Source: Takakia lepidozioides (lineage: Eukaryota; Plantae; Bryophyta). From it: a DNA stretch of 64,000 bases. Below are positions 1-13,415 of the stretch, in pieces. The stretch is from contig CM060734.1 of the NCBI GenBank assembly GCA_030704615.1, forward strand, positions 43,462,001 to 43,526,000, read 5' to 3'. The translations under genes were made by a program, and so were the position numbers. The notes beneath the pieces were generated by a model. That model saw nothing but the letters and a program-made list of their open reading frames with translations, was not told the DNA's origin and ran no database searches. Each line of letters opens with the position of its first letter. Within the stretch, counting starts at the first letter, position 1.

Positions 1-558
1 TAATTGGATTTAAAATATTTTATCAGTCCGGTAGATTAAATAGCAGTCTATTCACATATTTGAACTAAAATCCAACGATTTTGTTAGTTTTCACTAACAC
101 AAAAAAACAAACAAAAATACTCTAAATAAACTGGTAGAAGAAAATGGGTAAAATTTTATGGGTTGAAAGTACTATTCAGCTACTTGGCAAGTATTGGCAT
201 CTTCAAACATTTTATTAATGAACTTAGCCAGGATATCATGGAGCTGGAGATTGAACCCAAGATCTCATGGCGCTGAAGCATTGAACCCAGGATCTCAGGA
301 GCTTGAGAGCATTAAATAAGTTTTGCCCTGGGCCCACCAGCCCCACCAAGGGGTCAAGAACCAGAACCCGTTTTTATCCCCCCGAGCCCGATCCTCCGGT
401 TCTCACACCCAGCAGAAACTGCCTGTTCGGTTCTTCGCCGATCCCCATTGGCAGGTTCCGGTTCCGGGTCAGGTTATGTAGGGATGGGCCCGGTTCTGGT
501 TAACCTGAACCTGAACCGGTGGTTAACCTGGGTCCCGGCGGGTAACCGCCCAACACTG
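1..558. mobile_element. Right end of a non-autonomous hAT-like DNA element
   Basis: Ends in CAACACTG (551-558; reverse complement CAGTGTTG) after a dense cluster of AACC(C)G/CGGTT subterminal motifs at 355-550. Left end not seen. Confidence 0.5.
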
Positions 559-1609
559 ATGGACACCTTCCGAGTAGGAAGGTGGACATTGGACACCAAT
601 AGGTGGATTGAACTCACAACCAGCGTCCGGGAAATAATTTCAGTTGAACCAGCCAGTAGCCGCTCATTCCCAGCAGCAATCGGCTAAGTGGCGGTTGCTG
701 CCCCTTAGTGGTAACTATACCCGGTCAATTTCCGAGATAATTTCTTTACAACCGGTAATATTCCTAATGATTTATTTTGTGTTCAGCTATAAATCCGGCC
801 CTTACAAATATCAACCGGTTGACAACACAAGTGTCAAATGCACAACAATAAGTAAATAATAATAATAATAAATAATAAACACAACCAGTTTTAAGCAATT
901 CAAACAAGTGAAGAACATTGTATCCTTATAGAAGTTGGACCTGTCAATGCCTTCAAACCACATGGAGAAGAATTGAACCCGCGTGGACAGGTGAGCTGTG
1001 ATAGCAGGCAGCGAGTGCAAGCAGGCGTGGGGCTGGGGCTGCGAGAGCAACGTCCACACTTAGTAGGGTTTGCCCGCGGGCCCGCCCTCTTTGAGTTCAA
1101 TATTTTTTCACCTAAACGCCCTTCCTTGGATGTAACCCGGCCTGGCACGTTGGATTTCTGCCATGTGGTGGACTTCGACGGCCATTTCCATTTTTTGTAT
1201 TATAAGAAGGGCCGGAATCCGTCCAGGCCTTGCCAACTAAGGCAGATTTCCTGTCTGTAATGAAATGGAAAGGCAAATATCCTTCCTAAAAGTAGGGCAC
1301 CCGGTTGATTTCCACTTCGGCCATTTTTTCCCTCGGATCCATTTCCTGAGGTTTCATATTTCATTCGGAAATTCTGGAATTCAGTCGGCTAGCATGTAAC
1401 TGGCTGCCGGTTCTCCCCGGACGTTGCTCACAACCACTTCGGAGGTGGTATGTGCCCATTAGCAGTGGGATACTTACAAGTTGGTTGTGGCCAGAGCAAG
1501 CAACATAGTGGGGACAACCAAGTTGTTGCGAGTGGTAATATGCACAAAACCACCTCCTAAGTGGTTGTGGGTTCAATGTTCAATGTGCCGACCATATTTT
1601 TAATTTTAA

Positions 1610-2476
1610 CAGTGTTGTGCGGGCCCGGGTTTTGACCGCCGGTACCCAGCGGGTTAGGATCCGGGTTACCCGCACCCGGACGTGCTATCAGCAAAAACCA
1701 GGACCCTGACCCGGATTCATTTCTAAAATGAACCAGGAACAGAACCTGCTTGCTGGGTCAGAACCCTGTAAGCCCGCTACCCTGGGGCAAGTGTAGGGGG
1801 TCAAGGTCCGGGTCTTAATATCAGGAGGGGCATGCGGGGTCCACCTTAGTTCTGCAATGTGTCGAGCAATAGGCCGCTGCAGCAGCCTGCTAGCCCCCAC
1901 CAAGTTGTAGCCCAGTGGTAATGGCCACATACCACCTCAAAAGTGGTCGTGGGTTCAATCCACGGATTAGTGTCACGAAGTTAGTGACACCATAATTTAT
2001 GCCTCCCCAAGGAGGCGTCATATATTATTATTATGAGGCTGGCTCCCACACCCATGCTATAGTGATCTCTGAGCCTTGAGGTATATTATTATTGTTAACA
2101 TGTTTCAGAATTGATATTGAAGAATGGAGCTCAATTTCTATTTTAATTCTTGTGTTAAATGAGCAATACATATTGAAGGAATGTGTCTTAAAATATAAAT
2201 CATTATATTTCAGCCAAAAATAATTCTATTCCTAATTAATCTTATTTTTCTAATTTATTTAATAAATAAACTAGGCGAACCCGTGAACCCGCTAATATTT
2301 TCCAACAACTAGCCGGACCCGGACCCGAGTTCGTGTTGAGAAACCCGGACCTGAACCCGGACCCGGATTTTTCAAATTTCAAAAACCCGCATCCGTACCC
2401 CCGGACTAGGCTCCAAAAAAATACCGATACCCAGACCCAGCGGGTTACTTAAAAAGGCACAACCTGTACAACACTG
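1610..2476. mobile_element. Non-autonomous hAT-like element / MITE
   Basis: TIR CAGTGTTGT at 1610 and ACAACACTG at 2468-2476; ACCCG/CCGG subterminal repeats at both ends; AT-rich core. No 8-bp TSD found. Confidence 0.6.
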
Positions 2477-3169
2477 CAAATTGCCCGAATGCATCAGCCA
2501 ATTAAGTATAGGGTAATGCCCTGAGTGGAGGGCATTCCCGGATTTGAGGGCGGTAGCTCTAGGGGAAGGCCTGAAAATTCGAGGATGCCCCACACAAGGG
2601 GCATTACCCTGCGTAAAGAAATGGGATGATTTCCTTATCTTTTCATCTTTCCCTTATGTTTTCTCACCCCTGGTGGCTTGCCATGAGAAAAGATCTTGGA
2701 GATAAAGATAAAGAAATATCGCAGGTGTGCATTACACACTCGTGTAATGCACTGGTAATTGTGCAGCGGGCTCTTACGCTGGATAACGCGCAGAAATTTA
2801 CAGAGACAAATCAGCCCTAGTTCTTTACGACGGCAGATTATGGGATATATGGTAATCTGACCACCGACAAGGCCAAAATTTCGAGCCAAAGCAAATTACG
2901 TAGAACGGAAACATGTAGAATAGAAACCAATTTGTAACGTGACAAAGATTATGGTCATGACTAATTTTCATGTACCTCCATTGGATAGTGCGGGATTTCG
3001 GGCCGACCAATTAGAAAATAAGGAGAGGAGGAGACAGAGCGCAGAGCTTTGGCAACAGGGAGGAGAGAAACCAAATCATGGCCACTCCAGAAACCGTCTG
3101 ACCGTCAATTTCCAGCTTCCGGCAAAAGTTCTGAGAAAAAGTTCCCCAGAGACCGCCGACATCATATTC

Positions 3170-4759
3170 CTAGAAAGTCCAGGGAAGAAGATTCCATAGC
3201 CCGCGACAAAGAATCTGTGGTCTCATAAAGGATATTCTGTGATATGGGAAGAATTCCAGTAGGCCGTACACTGTGGATCTGTAAGATTCTATTCACATAT
3301 TCTACGTGCGTCCGTTGTTTTATACAGAATACGGAAATGCGGGCATAGACATAGGGATATGGAGGAAGACTTTCAATAGACAAGGGTTAGAGAGAAGACT
3401 CCTGCCGAAGCCGGCGTAACTAAGACAAGTGTTATTATACTTTGACGAGCTCTCAGTGAGCCTGGTTATGGCAGAATTTGGTTTAGTTTCAAGGGTTTTT
3501 TTGTTTTGAACTTTTGGCATCAAGCAGTATGCTCCTATGCTCGGTGCTTATAAATGATGTCTACAGTCACTAGTTTGCAGATCATCAAAGAGATGGCTAA
3601 AAAACCCGCCTTTTGATGTGATGAGCTAATAAAAAGGGGCTTCATGGATCCGACCTTCTTCACAAGTGTCCTTTCCATGCGTGCTATATTTCTGTATGCA
3701 TTTATGGAACGTGCAGGGAGAAGCCAACACAGAACGCACTTGGTTCTCCCGTTACTGTGGACGCCACACCACATGCGGCAGATTCACCGGTAGGTTGTGG
3801 AGTTGGAATGTTGAAGCTCTAGAATGTGATCTTTTGTCAATGGCTTGCTAACGTTGTCTGGGATCTGGGTTGTCGACCATATGGGCTGCCAATTCCATTG
3901 TGGTCCAAGTGGCACATAACAAAAGCCATGCGGGTTATGTTTAATGATCCTGACAGCCTTGTTCTCCGCATCCTGGACTTCCTGTTTGACATGCCAAAAA
4001 TAGTGGTGGAAACAGTGGATCCAAATTGAATTACGGTGTAATGATGATAGAGGCTTCAAATTGTACGTTCTAGCTCTTGAGGGATCAGATGAAGGGCAAT
4101 GGGGGCAATCAGAGCTCTTCGAATGAAATTTCCGTGGTGGCACCAGCTTCCCAAGCAACCAAGTGGTGAATAATATCCCACTACTTCTGAAGCTGCAGCC
4201 GTGACTGTTGTATCCTGATTGGCATTACTTTTGTCTATTGCAAATCCATGAGGTCCGGATGCCGAGAAAGCTTCAGAAGTAAGTTACTGCTGGCTCCCCT
4301 CACTCACATTCGACAAGTGGCAGGCGGAGGCATCTGGCTTCCCAGACAAGAAGCATTGGGCAAAAAATATTAAGAACGCCAGGCTAAAGTTCTCAAGAAA
4401 ATGCTAACTTTCTGGCTGTGAAAATCAATGGTAAACTGATTGTGTTGCGGTTATGTTCCTGATGGTCATCAAGTTTCTGATGGTAATGACAATCTTCAGC
4501 ACCCATGTACTGCACAGAAGGTGGAGACTGGTGGAGACAGCATCTACGTTAGCGTATGTGAGACAATTTCTCTCAATAACTACGAATGTCTGCTCTCGCC
4601 TATGCATGTTCAAGGGATGCAAGTAGAATATGTAAATAGAATCAAGATTACAGATCCAGAGTCCATCGGCCCATGGAATCCTTTCCATATCACAGAGTGT
4701 CCTTTGTGAGACTACAGATTCTTTGTCCCGGGCCATGGATTCTTCCCCGGACTCTCTAG
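3170..4759. repeat. Diverged inverted repeat (arms ~3170-3316 and ~4611-4759)
   Basis: CTAGAAAGTCCAGGGAAG...GACAAAGAATCTGTGGTCTCATAAAGGATATTCTGTGATATGG...ATTCTATTCACATATTCTAC aligns to the reverse complement of 4611-4759 with scattered mismatches. Confidence 0.8.
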
Positions 4760-5937
4760 TCCCATAGCCCGGAAGGAGAGTGAGAAGACTGGCAATGTGA
4801 GTAGGGCCTCTGCTCGGACTGTGATTGTCTGTGGTTGTGTAGAAGTTAGTTTGAGTAGACATGCGATGCAAGGCGCGGAGAAAGAGACAGCAGCAGGGGC
4901 TGTGCTCTAGCAGTCACCAATCCAGCCCCTTCGGTCATATCCATATCGTGAGATTTGAGGCCACCGGGAAGAGCAAAATTGAAATCGTGCAAAAGGTTAG
5001 CCAAAGTGAATTGCACAACAATCAGGCCCAGCTAGCTGCATCCCCGCGCATCCTCTCCGACCAGATGAGAAGGGAAGGAACTGGAAGTCATTTCCATGTA
5101 AGTCCACATCCAAGCCACTGAAGCGGTCAGGGTTGAAGTCAAGGGGTTTGTCCCATTTGGAGGGATCACGTCCGATGGCCCATATATTGATGTAGGCAGC
5201 ACACTGTTGTGGGATGTCATAACCAGCCACCTGACATAGCCACCAAGTATGAGACTGTAGGTACATTACTGTGCCAATTTCAGATGGATAGCTGGCAACT
5301 GATCAGACTTTATAGCTTTGTACATGGGTTCGGACGATGTGATGCTTATCTACAGTCACGCATCCGCCCTGCCATTACATGGAGGCAGCTCCAGTTATTT
5401 TGATCAATGCTCGTTTCGTATGAGCATCTCTTTTTTCTCAGTCGTGCAACCATACATGTTTAAGAAACCGGTATGTTTGTGTCGGCAGCGTAGGCTACAC
5501 TGAAAACGTACCTTGCATGCTCGCATGCTGCAGTGAGGGAGCCCAAATGCGGCAGGTGGATGAAGACGCAGTGTTTCTTTCACAATCTGATATAAAAAGG
5601 GTAGATTAGGAAGATCGGTCTCTTCCACAAGCCTGTCGCTGCCGACCACCATATCCAGTTCGGCCTGCGCTTTTTTCAAGAGATGAGAGGGCTTTCTAGA
5701 GGAAATCTGGAAAGCCCGAACCGAAATTTATAAATACCACGTGCGGAATTTAGTCCTACTACTGGAGTGAGCCCCTCACACTAGGTCGTCTCTGTTCCTC
5801 TTGTTCCGCCAAACTGTGTGTCAGAAGGGTACGTGAAACAACGTCTCATGAGTACATTCTCTCTCCAACTCACTGATTATCATTCCTGGATCTGATTTCG
5901 ATTCAACACCAATTTAATTTGCAATCCTTCTCTTCAG

Positions 5938-6023
5938 GATATCATGTTGCAGGGGGGGGGCGATAGCGGCTCAAACACAATCGATTGGGCACTGGCGGAG
6001 CTCCTCCGCAAGCATCAAATCTT
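5938..6023 (+). pseudogene. P450 I-helix exon fragment in inverted orientation
   Basis: Plus-strand acceptor TCTTCAG (5931-5937) followed by DIMLQGGGDSGSNTIDWALAELLRKHQI; the rest of the gene is on the minus strand. Confidence 0.85.
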
Positions 6024-6744
6024 CTGTTTGTCCTCCTACACGATATCGGGCATCAAGTGACCTCCAAGTGACAATCTCCCTTTCTTCTATAGCTGCATCT
6101 CCACAAATTTGAGTTGGAAGGGGAGGAGGCGCCTGAAAGGTACTTTCTAGTAAAATGTTAGCAATTTGCTCGCTGTCCAGTCTGTTCTCTCCATCAAGAG
6201 ACAGAAGCACTTCCACTATATTTTCGTCCGCCTTGGCTTGTCCATCAGCTGCAAGTAGCAGGCGGCTGTCAATGAGTGCTTCTACAAACTCAGTGTTATG
6301 GAGATGGCTGCTTTTTACCCCGACTGATGAGGCCTTGTAAGTCGAATCGGTTAAGCATGGGAATGTAGTCCCCGATGTTGAACTGCACAATGAGCTTATT
6401 TGAATATGCAATCGACTTCTTCATGCCTCCACCTGACACCAACTTCAACCAACTCATCTACATTTTAAACACATGTGCACCAAAGTTTCTAGCTCACAGT
6501 CATGTCACAGTTCCTAAAATCCCATAGACTTGACAAGACAAGACAATGACAACAGGAGAGAGATAGAACGCTTTCACGGAGCATAACATTAAAGATATAA
6601 TCACAATACAAGCAGGAATATTTGCCTTGATGCCAACTGACATCTGAAACCAGTGTACCTACCAACCTAACAGATAACTACTTAGAACTGACTAGTAACT
6701 GTTGTGACGCTTCATATCATTAACACTCCCACTAAGCTAGCATC

Positions 6745-9073
6745 CTAAACACTCAGTACTGACATAGCATGTCTACACCAGATGTGTTTATCTCTTGGCA
6801 CAGCCTTAGTGAACACATCTGCAACCATCTCTTCAGTGCTACAGAACTCTAGCAGTATCTCTTTACTCTCCACTTTCTCTCGAATAAAATGGTGTTGGAT
6901 TTCTATATGCTTAGTCCTAGCATGAAACTTAGGGTTCTTAGTTAACGCTATACAACTCTAGTTGTCACAAGAGAGCCTAGTAGGATGAGGTTGCTCATGA
7001 CCAATACTCTTGAGTAAACTCCTCAACCATACAATCTCCTTGGCTGCTTGTGTAGCAGCAATGTATTCTGCTTCGGTAGATGACAATGCAACTGTTGCTT
7101 GCCTCTTACTACTCCAGCTAACAGTGGCAGAACTACCAAGCAGGAAAACATAGCCTGTGGTTGACTTCCGGTTATCAGGATGACTCGCCCATCAGCATCA
7201 CAGTATCCATGTAACTCAATATGACCTCTCTACTCCCACTGAAACATAAGCCATGATCTTCCTTTAATATACCAGAAGATTCGCTTTACATCACTCTAAT
7301 GTCGTATGCCAGGATTTACTAGAAACTGGCTCACTACTCCCACAGCAAAAGCCAAGTCTGGTCTAGAACATACCATTAAGTACATCAAACTTCCCACAAC
7401 ACTTTGATATGGAATACTGCTCATAGCTTGCTTCTCTTCATCGCTTTGAGAACACATATATGTACTCAACTTAACACCAGTTTCGAGTGGAGTACTCACT
7501 GGTTTGCAAAAGCTCATTCCAAACTTATTCAAAATAGTTTGAATATGCTTATTCTGACTTAAGTGTAAAGCACCCTTGTCCCTGTCTCGTTCAACTTGAA
7601 TGCCCAAAAAATAATGAATGTCTCTAAGATCCATCATATCAAATGTAGCATGTAAACGATGTTTTGCATATTTCAATGCTTTCACAACATTGCTGACTAA
7701 AATTGAGTCATCTACATACAGTGCAATGAGTACAAACTTGTCCTCTTTGATTTTAATGTACACATTACTATCTGCTGGAGATGCCACAAAACCTTCAGAG
7801 ATTAAATAACCATTAAACTTCTGGAACCAGGCTCGAGGTGACTGTTTCAAGCCATATAGGGAACTTTTTATCAACTTACAGACCAAGTCTTTTTCTCCTA
7901 GAGTAATGAACCCTTGAGGCTGCTCCATATAAACCTCCTCATCCAAATCTCCATTTAAGAAGGCTATTTTCACGTCCATTTGACCTCCAGATTTGATAGT
8001 GCGGCAATAGCCAAAATAGTCCTGATAGAAGATATCTTTGCAACAGGTGAAAATGTCTCATTATAATCCACTCCTTCTCTCTGAAAAAAACCTCTTGCAA
8101 CTAGTCTGGCTTTATACCTTTCCACTGATCCATCTGCTTTAAGTTTGAGTTTATAGATCCACTTACATCCAACAGTCTTTCTCCCTTGTGGAAGTTTAGT
8201 TAGCTTCCAAGTACCATTCTTTAGTAAGGATGCAAACTCTTCATTCATAGCCTCTTGCCATCTTGACGACTCTCTACAACTGAGAACTTCCTTAAATGAC
8301 ACTGGCTCTTCATTTTCAACAAGCATTGTTTGTGACAAATCGAGAGATTCTATGAGTCTTTGACTGGGTCTTCTCTCTCTCATGGACCTGCGAACTTGGA
8401 TATCAATTTGAACCCTAGGTGCTCGTAGTTGAGGTTGAGCCACTTGAACATTTGCTAGAATATTACTTGGTTGTGGTGTCTCTATTTCCTCATCAAAGCC
8501 AGAGTCACAATCTTCGTCCATGTCCAAACCTAGATCCACATCTGATCCCTTCTCAGGCTCACCACCTCGAAGTGTCTTTGGTTTCCATGCTTCATTGAAA
8601 ACCACATCACGACTAACTAACAAGACTTTGTTGGCTAGATCAAACAACCAATAGGATTTATTGGCTTTCGAATAACCCACAAAAATACACTTTGTGCTTT
8701 TTATCATCAAGCTTCTTCCTCTTCTCCTTAGGGATATGAACAAAAGTTTCACAACGTAAATGCTTCACTGAGGGCTTTTGACCAGTCCAAACTTCCTCCG
8801 GTGTCCTTCCTGGCACAGCACTTGTAGGTACCCTGTTTAATACATAGTTGGCCGTTTGCACAGCATCTGCCCACCATTTGTTGTCTAACCCACTATGCTT
8901 CAACATTGTCCTTGTTGCTTCTACCAATGACCGGTTTTTACGTTCAGCCACCCCGTTCTGCTTTGGGGTGTAAGGAGCAGTCAATTGACGCTCAATTCCT
9001 TCTCTCATGCAAAATTGAGCAAAAGCATTTGACTTGTACTCCCCTCCATCGTCAAAGCGCAATTTCTTGACTC
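6745..9073 (-). pseudogene. Copia pol 3' part: integrase core, RT, RNase H (frameshifted)
   Basis: FDDGGEY, QNGVAERKNR, GCKWIYKLK, YKARLVARG, MDVKIAFLNG, LYGLKQSPRAW, LYVDD, SRPDL. Confidence 0.95.
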
Positions 9074-10795
9074 TGTCATGGTTTTAGTCATGGTTATCTA
9101 GAATTACCTACTTCTAGTTAACTAGGACATTTTAGATATTTATATTTATATTTATATTTTGTGTGTTGGGACTTCATTTGGTCTCACATGCCAAGTGAGG
9201 TGTCGAGCCTCACTTGAGACATGGAGATAGGTTTTCCCCTTATGAGTGTTGAGGAGGCTCATCTTCTTGTAGTTGAGCCTCCATGAGCTTCTCTCACCTC
9301 CATAGCTCTAGGTATTGAGAGGGAGTGTGTTGAGGGCTTTGTAGGGTGGATTCCTTTAGCTTGGCTTGACTTAGTTTATGTGATAGAGTGGATTTCACTT
9401 GGAAGGACTAGGGCTTGTTCTTCATGTGATTGTTTCATGCTTTGAGAGCTTTCATTGTCTTCTACTTCTCTCATTTCTCATCTTTTATCACTACAAGAAG
9501 ATCACCTTATGCTTGTGAGTGCGGAGTGTAAGGATTAGTTTTGTACTTGTATTTTAAAGAGGTTGAGAGCTAGGAGAATTTAGCTCTTGTATCACAAGGC
9601 TTGCAAGGGGTTGCAAGGAAAGGTGCTCGAGTATTGCATGCACCAAGGAGTTGGAGAGCTTGAGAAGAAAGCTCTTGAGTCACAAGATTTTGCAAGGATT
9701 GTAAGGAAGAAGTCTTGTGTGGAAGCATGGATTCTAGGGTTTGAGAATCCTTTGTATGCATTATGGAGTCGATGGTGTGCGCCATGGCTTGTGGAGAGTG
9801 ACTAAAGGCTTGTTAGTGCTCATTTCACTATCAAGCTAGGGTTAAGCAAGTTCAAAGTGTGGATGTTGTGGAAGAGAAGCCAAGGAGCTATATATGCTTG
9901 GGCTTGAAGACAACAAGGGCAAGCACTTGGAGAGCACTAAGAAGCTCAAGAGGTTTTGAAAGGGAGCATGTGAAGAAATCTTCCAATCATGGTGGTGGAG
10001 CCAAGCTTAGGGTGCCATTGGAAGGGCTTGGAGAACATGTGGTGGGAAATCCTTGAAGGGAAATCATCATTCAATGTATGCATAGCTTCACCCTAACTAT
10101 GTAATGTGACAAGAGGGGGAGGCAATACTTGGCTATTCATGCTCTTGGTAGTGCGAGCTTTGTGGTGGATAGTTGACCAAGCAAGTGGTGCATGTGTGGA
10201 GCATGCTCGCTTGAGTTTGTAAGTTCAAGTTTGAGAAGGGGAGCTCTTGAACTAGCAAGAGGTGAAGGCCTTTGAGATCCATTTGTGTGTGAAGTGGAGA
10301 GGTGTTGATTCATGTTATGATGAAGGAGAGCAACACATAGGCCAAGAGGTCATGAAACATGCATTCAAATGACCACGGGAGCACATGGATGATGGATTGG
10401 TGCAAGACCCCAAATGAGGCATATGGCGTGAGAGTGGGATCCAAGGCGGATTGCTTGGGAGCATTATTGTAAGTGACAAGCATTGCTCCTACACATTGAG
10501 ATAATTTGTGTTGATTTGGAGCAATTGTCAAGTGATGAGGAGACAAATGCATGATTGCTCGGCAATGGAGATATGGTAGTTTGCAATCAAATCCCAAGGA
10601 CTAGAAGGGGGATTGATTTGGTGGACAATGACTTGCAAGTTGAGTTGGACCACTCTTGGTTGCACATTGGGGTGGAAGAGAGCAAGAAGATGCCTCTTAT
10701 GACCACCTAGAGACCATATTTTTGCTTGAGTAGAAGCATAGAAGTCAAGGACTTGCATTCTAGCTCTTCATTACAAACCCTAGTAGTGTATGCTC

Positions 10796-11190
10796 AGACT
10801 ATACCTCTGTTAGTATACCAAACAGGAGCTTGTCCCTTTGACTATACCTCTGTTGAGGTATCACCATATGTGAATCCTAATGTGAGACTATACCTCTGTT
10901 AGTATACCAAACAGGAGCTTGTCCATTTTACTATACCTCTATTGAGGTATCACCATATGTGAACCCTAATCAGCTCAGACTATACCTCTGTTAGTATACC
11001 AAACAGGAGCTTGTCCCTTTTACTATACCTCTGTTGAGGTATCACCATATGTGGACCCTAATCAGCTCAGACTATACCTCTGTTAGTATACCCAACAGAA
11101 CCCTCATTTTCAGACTATACCTCAGTAAAGGTATCATCAACATAAGGGACCCTAGCAACCTCAGACTATACCTCTGTTAAGGTATCAACA
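10796..11190 (+). repeat. Tandem repeat of ~90-bp units with ACTATACCTCTGTT subunits in the retroelement leader
   Basis: Units start near 10796, 10885, 10977, 11069; each contains the small hairpin ATACCTC-TGTT-GAGGTAT or a near variant. Confidence 0.9.
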
Positions 11191-11997
11191 GTGAAAGGAC
11201 TTAGTGAAATTTAAGGGCGTTTGGAGGATTGGAAGATATTTGAGGGCCCTTGGAGGAGTATTTGGAGGATCTTTGGGGTCCTTGGAGGAGTGTTTGGAGG
11301 ATCTTTGGGGTCCTTGGAGGACCCTTCGAGGAGCTTGGTGGACAATGTTGAAGAGCTCTTGAAGGATTGATTGAGGGATATTGAAGGATACTTGCCACGG
11401 CCATACAAGCGAGTGGATAGAGACAGGAGGGAGAGTGGTGGGATGAGAGCATTCTGGGGTTAGGAATTGCTTTAGTTTCTCTTCTCCATAGTCTTTCACC
11501 CTCTCTGTAGGCCAAAACCTTTCCGTAGGTGGAGGCAAGAGTCAGTCCGGGTTTGGGCTGGGGTGTCCTTGCAGGAGCGACACTGTGGAGTGTTTTTGGT
11601 GTGGGGGAGTTGTTGTCTTGATTTTCTTGTGTTTGGATCCCCTCCACACCTGCATGCTTGACTGTGCGCCATGTTAGCTTTGTGTGGGCGCTTGTTTTCA
11701 TAGGAGGTTGGTCCGGATTTGATCACCGGCCAATCCTAGAGTATGCTGTCGGTGGTGAGGCTGGAGTGATGACCAGCAAGACCACCAGTGTTTCTTCTAT
11801 GGTGAGGCTGGGTTGATGACCAGCAGACCATAGGAGTGCTTGCGGTGGATGCAGGTGCAGGTACAGGTCTACGTTAGAAACCTATTATTCCTGCTTGAAC
11901 CAGTAGCCGCAACAGGTTCTTTACCCGGTTACCTTGTAGAAAGTGGGGATTAGAGACAGGTTGACAACCGGTTGGGTTGTGAGTTTTCATCACGGAG

Positions 11998-13314
11998 GTG
12001 CCACCAGCTGCTGAGGGGAGTGCCGGTACAAGCACCAGCGATACTAGTGGGTACACAAGACAAGGTGTGCGGTTTAGGCCACTTTCACCTTCAGTGTCTT
12101 CTGAGGAAGGTTCAGACTCGGAGTCAGGAGGATTCTCGCCGAGGGTGCAAGTCATTTCCGTGCCATTGTTGTGGGACACGATGGAGGAGATGTATGGAGC
12201 TACCAAGGGGCCACGTAGGTTCTCTGGAGCTGTGGGCACCATCGAGCTTGATGACTTTATACAAGAGTTTGACAGTTGGTGTGATTTGCAGCAAATGCGC
12301 AATCCACAACTGTTTACACCATTTATGGCGTGGAAGGGGCTATTCCAGCATCTTGAGGGGCCGCCCATGGATGATTACCATGAATTTAGGCGGGGACATG
12401 CGGTGGAGATTGAGGAGTGGTGAGAGTATTGGTCACCTAACTATGTCTCAATCACTAGAGGCACAAGGGCAGCGGTGACACCAGCAGCTACACAAACATC
12501 TCCAACTACAAGCACTAGTAGTGGAACAAGTAGTGTTGGCACTTCTGCAGGTGGTACCAGTTCAAAAGGTGCTACTATTCCTCCTGCCACAATTACAACA
12601 CATGTGCCTAGATTCAACCCGGTGGTGGAGTTCTTCCAGGAGTTGCGGAGGAACTACCAAGGTGTACAGACAGAGAAGCTGCGAAGTTTGCAAGACTTCC
12701 AACGCAAATCCAGTGAGAGCTTGCGAGAGGCCTACACTCGTATGAGGCGCTTGATAAGTGTGACCCAAGGGGTTATTGAAGCTCAGGCAGTCCAGTTCTG
12801 GTATGGAATTTTGGACAAGGAGCTCAAGAGAAGGGTGCGGGATGCAACCCTGTTACAAGCGGCCCAACCCACATTAGCGGATGTGTTTCTGCTGGCTGAG
12901 CGGATTGAGCTCAACATGGTGGAGGAGCGAGTTGTTACCATTGGATTTGGCAAGGACATGCCTGCACGAGGTGCAGCTGCCAGCCAACAGGTACAAAGGA
13001 CTGCCCAACAGCGTGGTCAGGGGGGCAAGGTTGCCCAACCCAAGTTCCATGGAGCTTACAGGGGACCTCAGGTGCAGAAGCCCGTGGCATCTTTTGCAGG
13101 CCAACAGCAACCAGAGGTGATATGTTGGACATGTAGAGGACCCCATGTCAAGAGAGATTGCCCAGAGAGTGGCAGAAGGCCGGCACAAGCACAGCCTGCA
13201 CAGTTGCAGTGTGGGCATTGTGGCAAGTATGGGCATGGAGATGCCCAGTGTTATGACTTGCACCCTGAGTTGCGCCCAGGCCAGTTCCAAGGGAACAATG
13301 GTGGCCGGGGGTGA
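11998..13314 (+). pseudogene. Gypsy gag with two zinc-knuckle-like motifs (one in-frame stop at 12421-12423)
   Basis: RFSGAVGTIELDDFIQEFDSW, FQRKSSESLREAYTRM, CWTCRGPHVKRDC, CGHCGKYGHGDAQC. Confidence 0.85.
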
Positions 13315-13415
13315 GGTGGACCAGCCCAGAGAGGACGAGGTGGTCGGCACAAGGTGCAGGCTAAGGGCAAGCTCAACATGGCCAAGGACGCGGAGGTCAG
13401 GGTGTTGACCAAGAC

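Noticed and set aside
11185-11726. Antisense ORFs (MIKSGPTSYENK...) shared with 28143-28700
   Set aside because: The similarity follows from nucleotide homology of the two leaders; frames differ between copies and no domain is recognisable.
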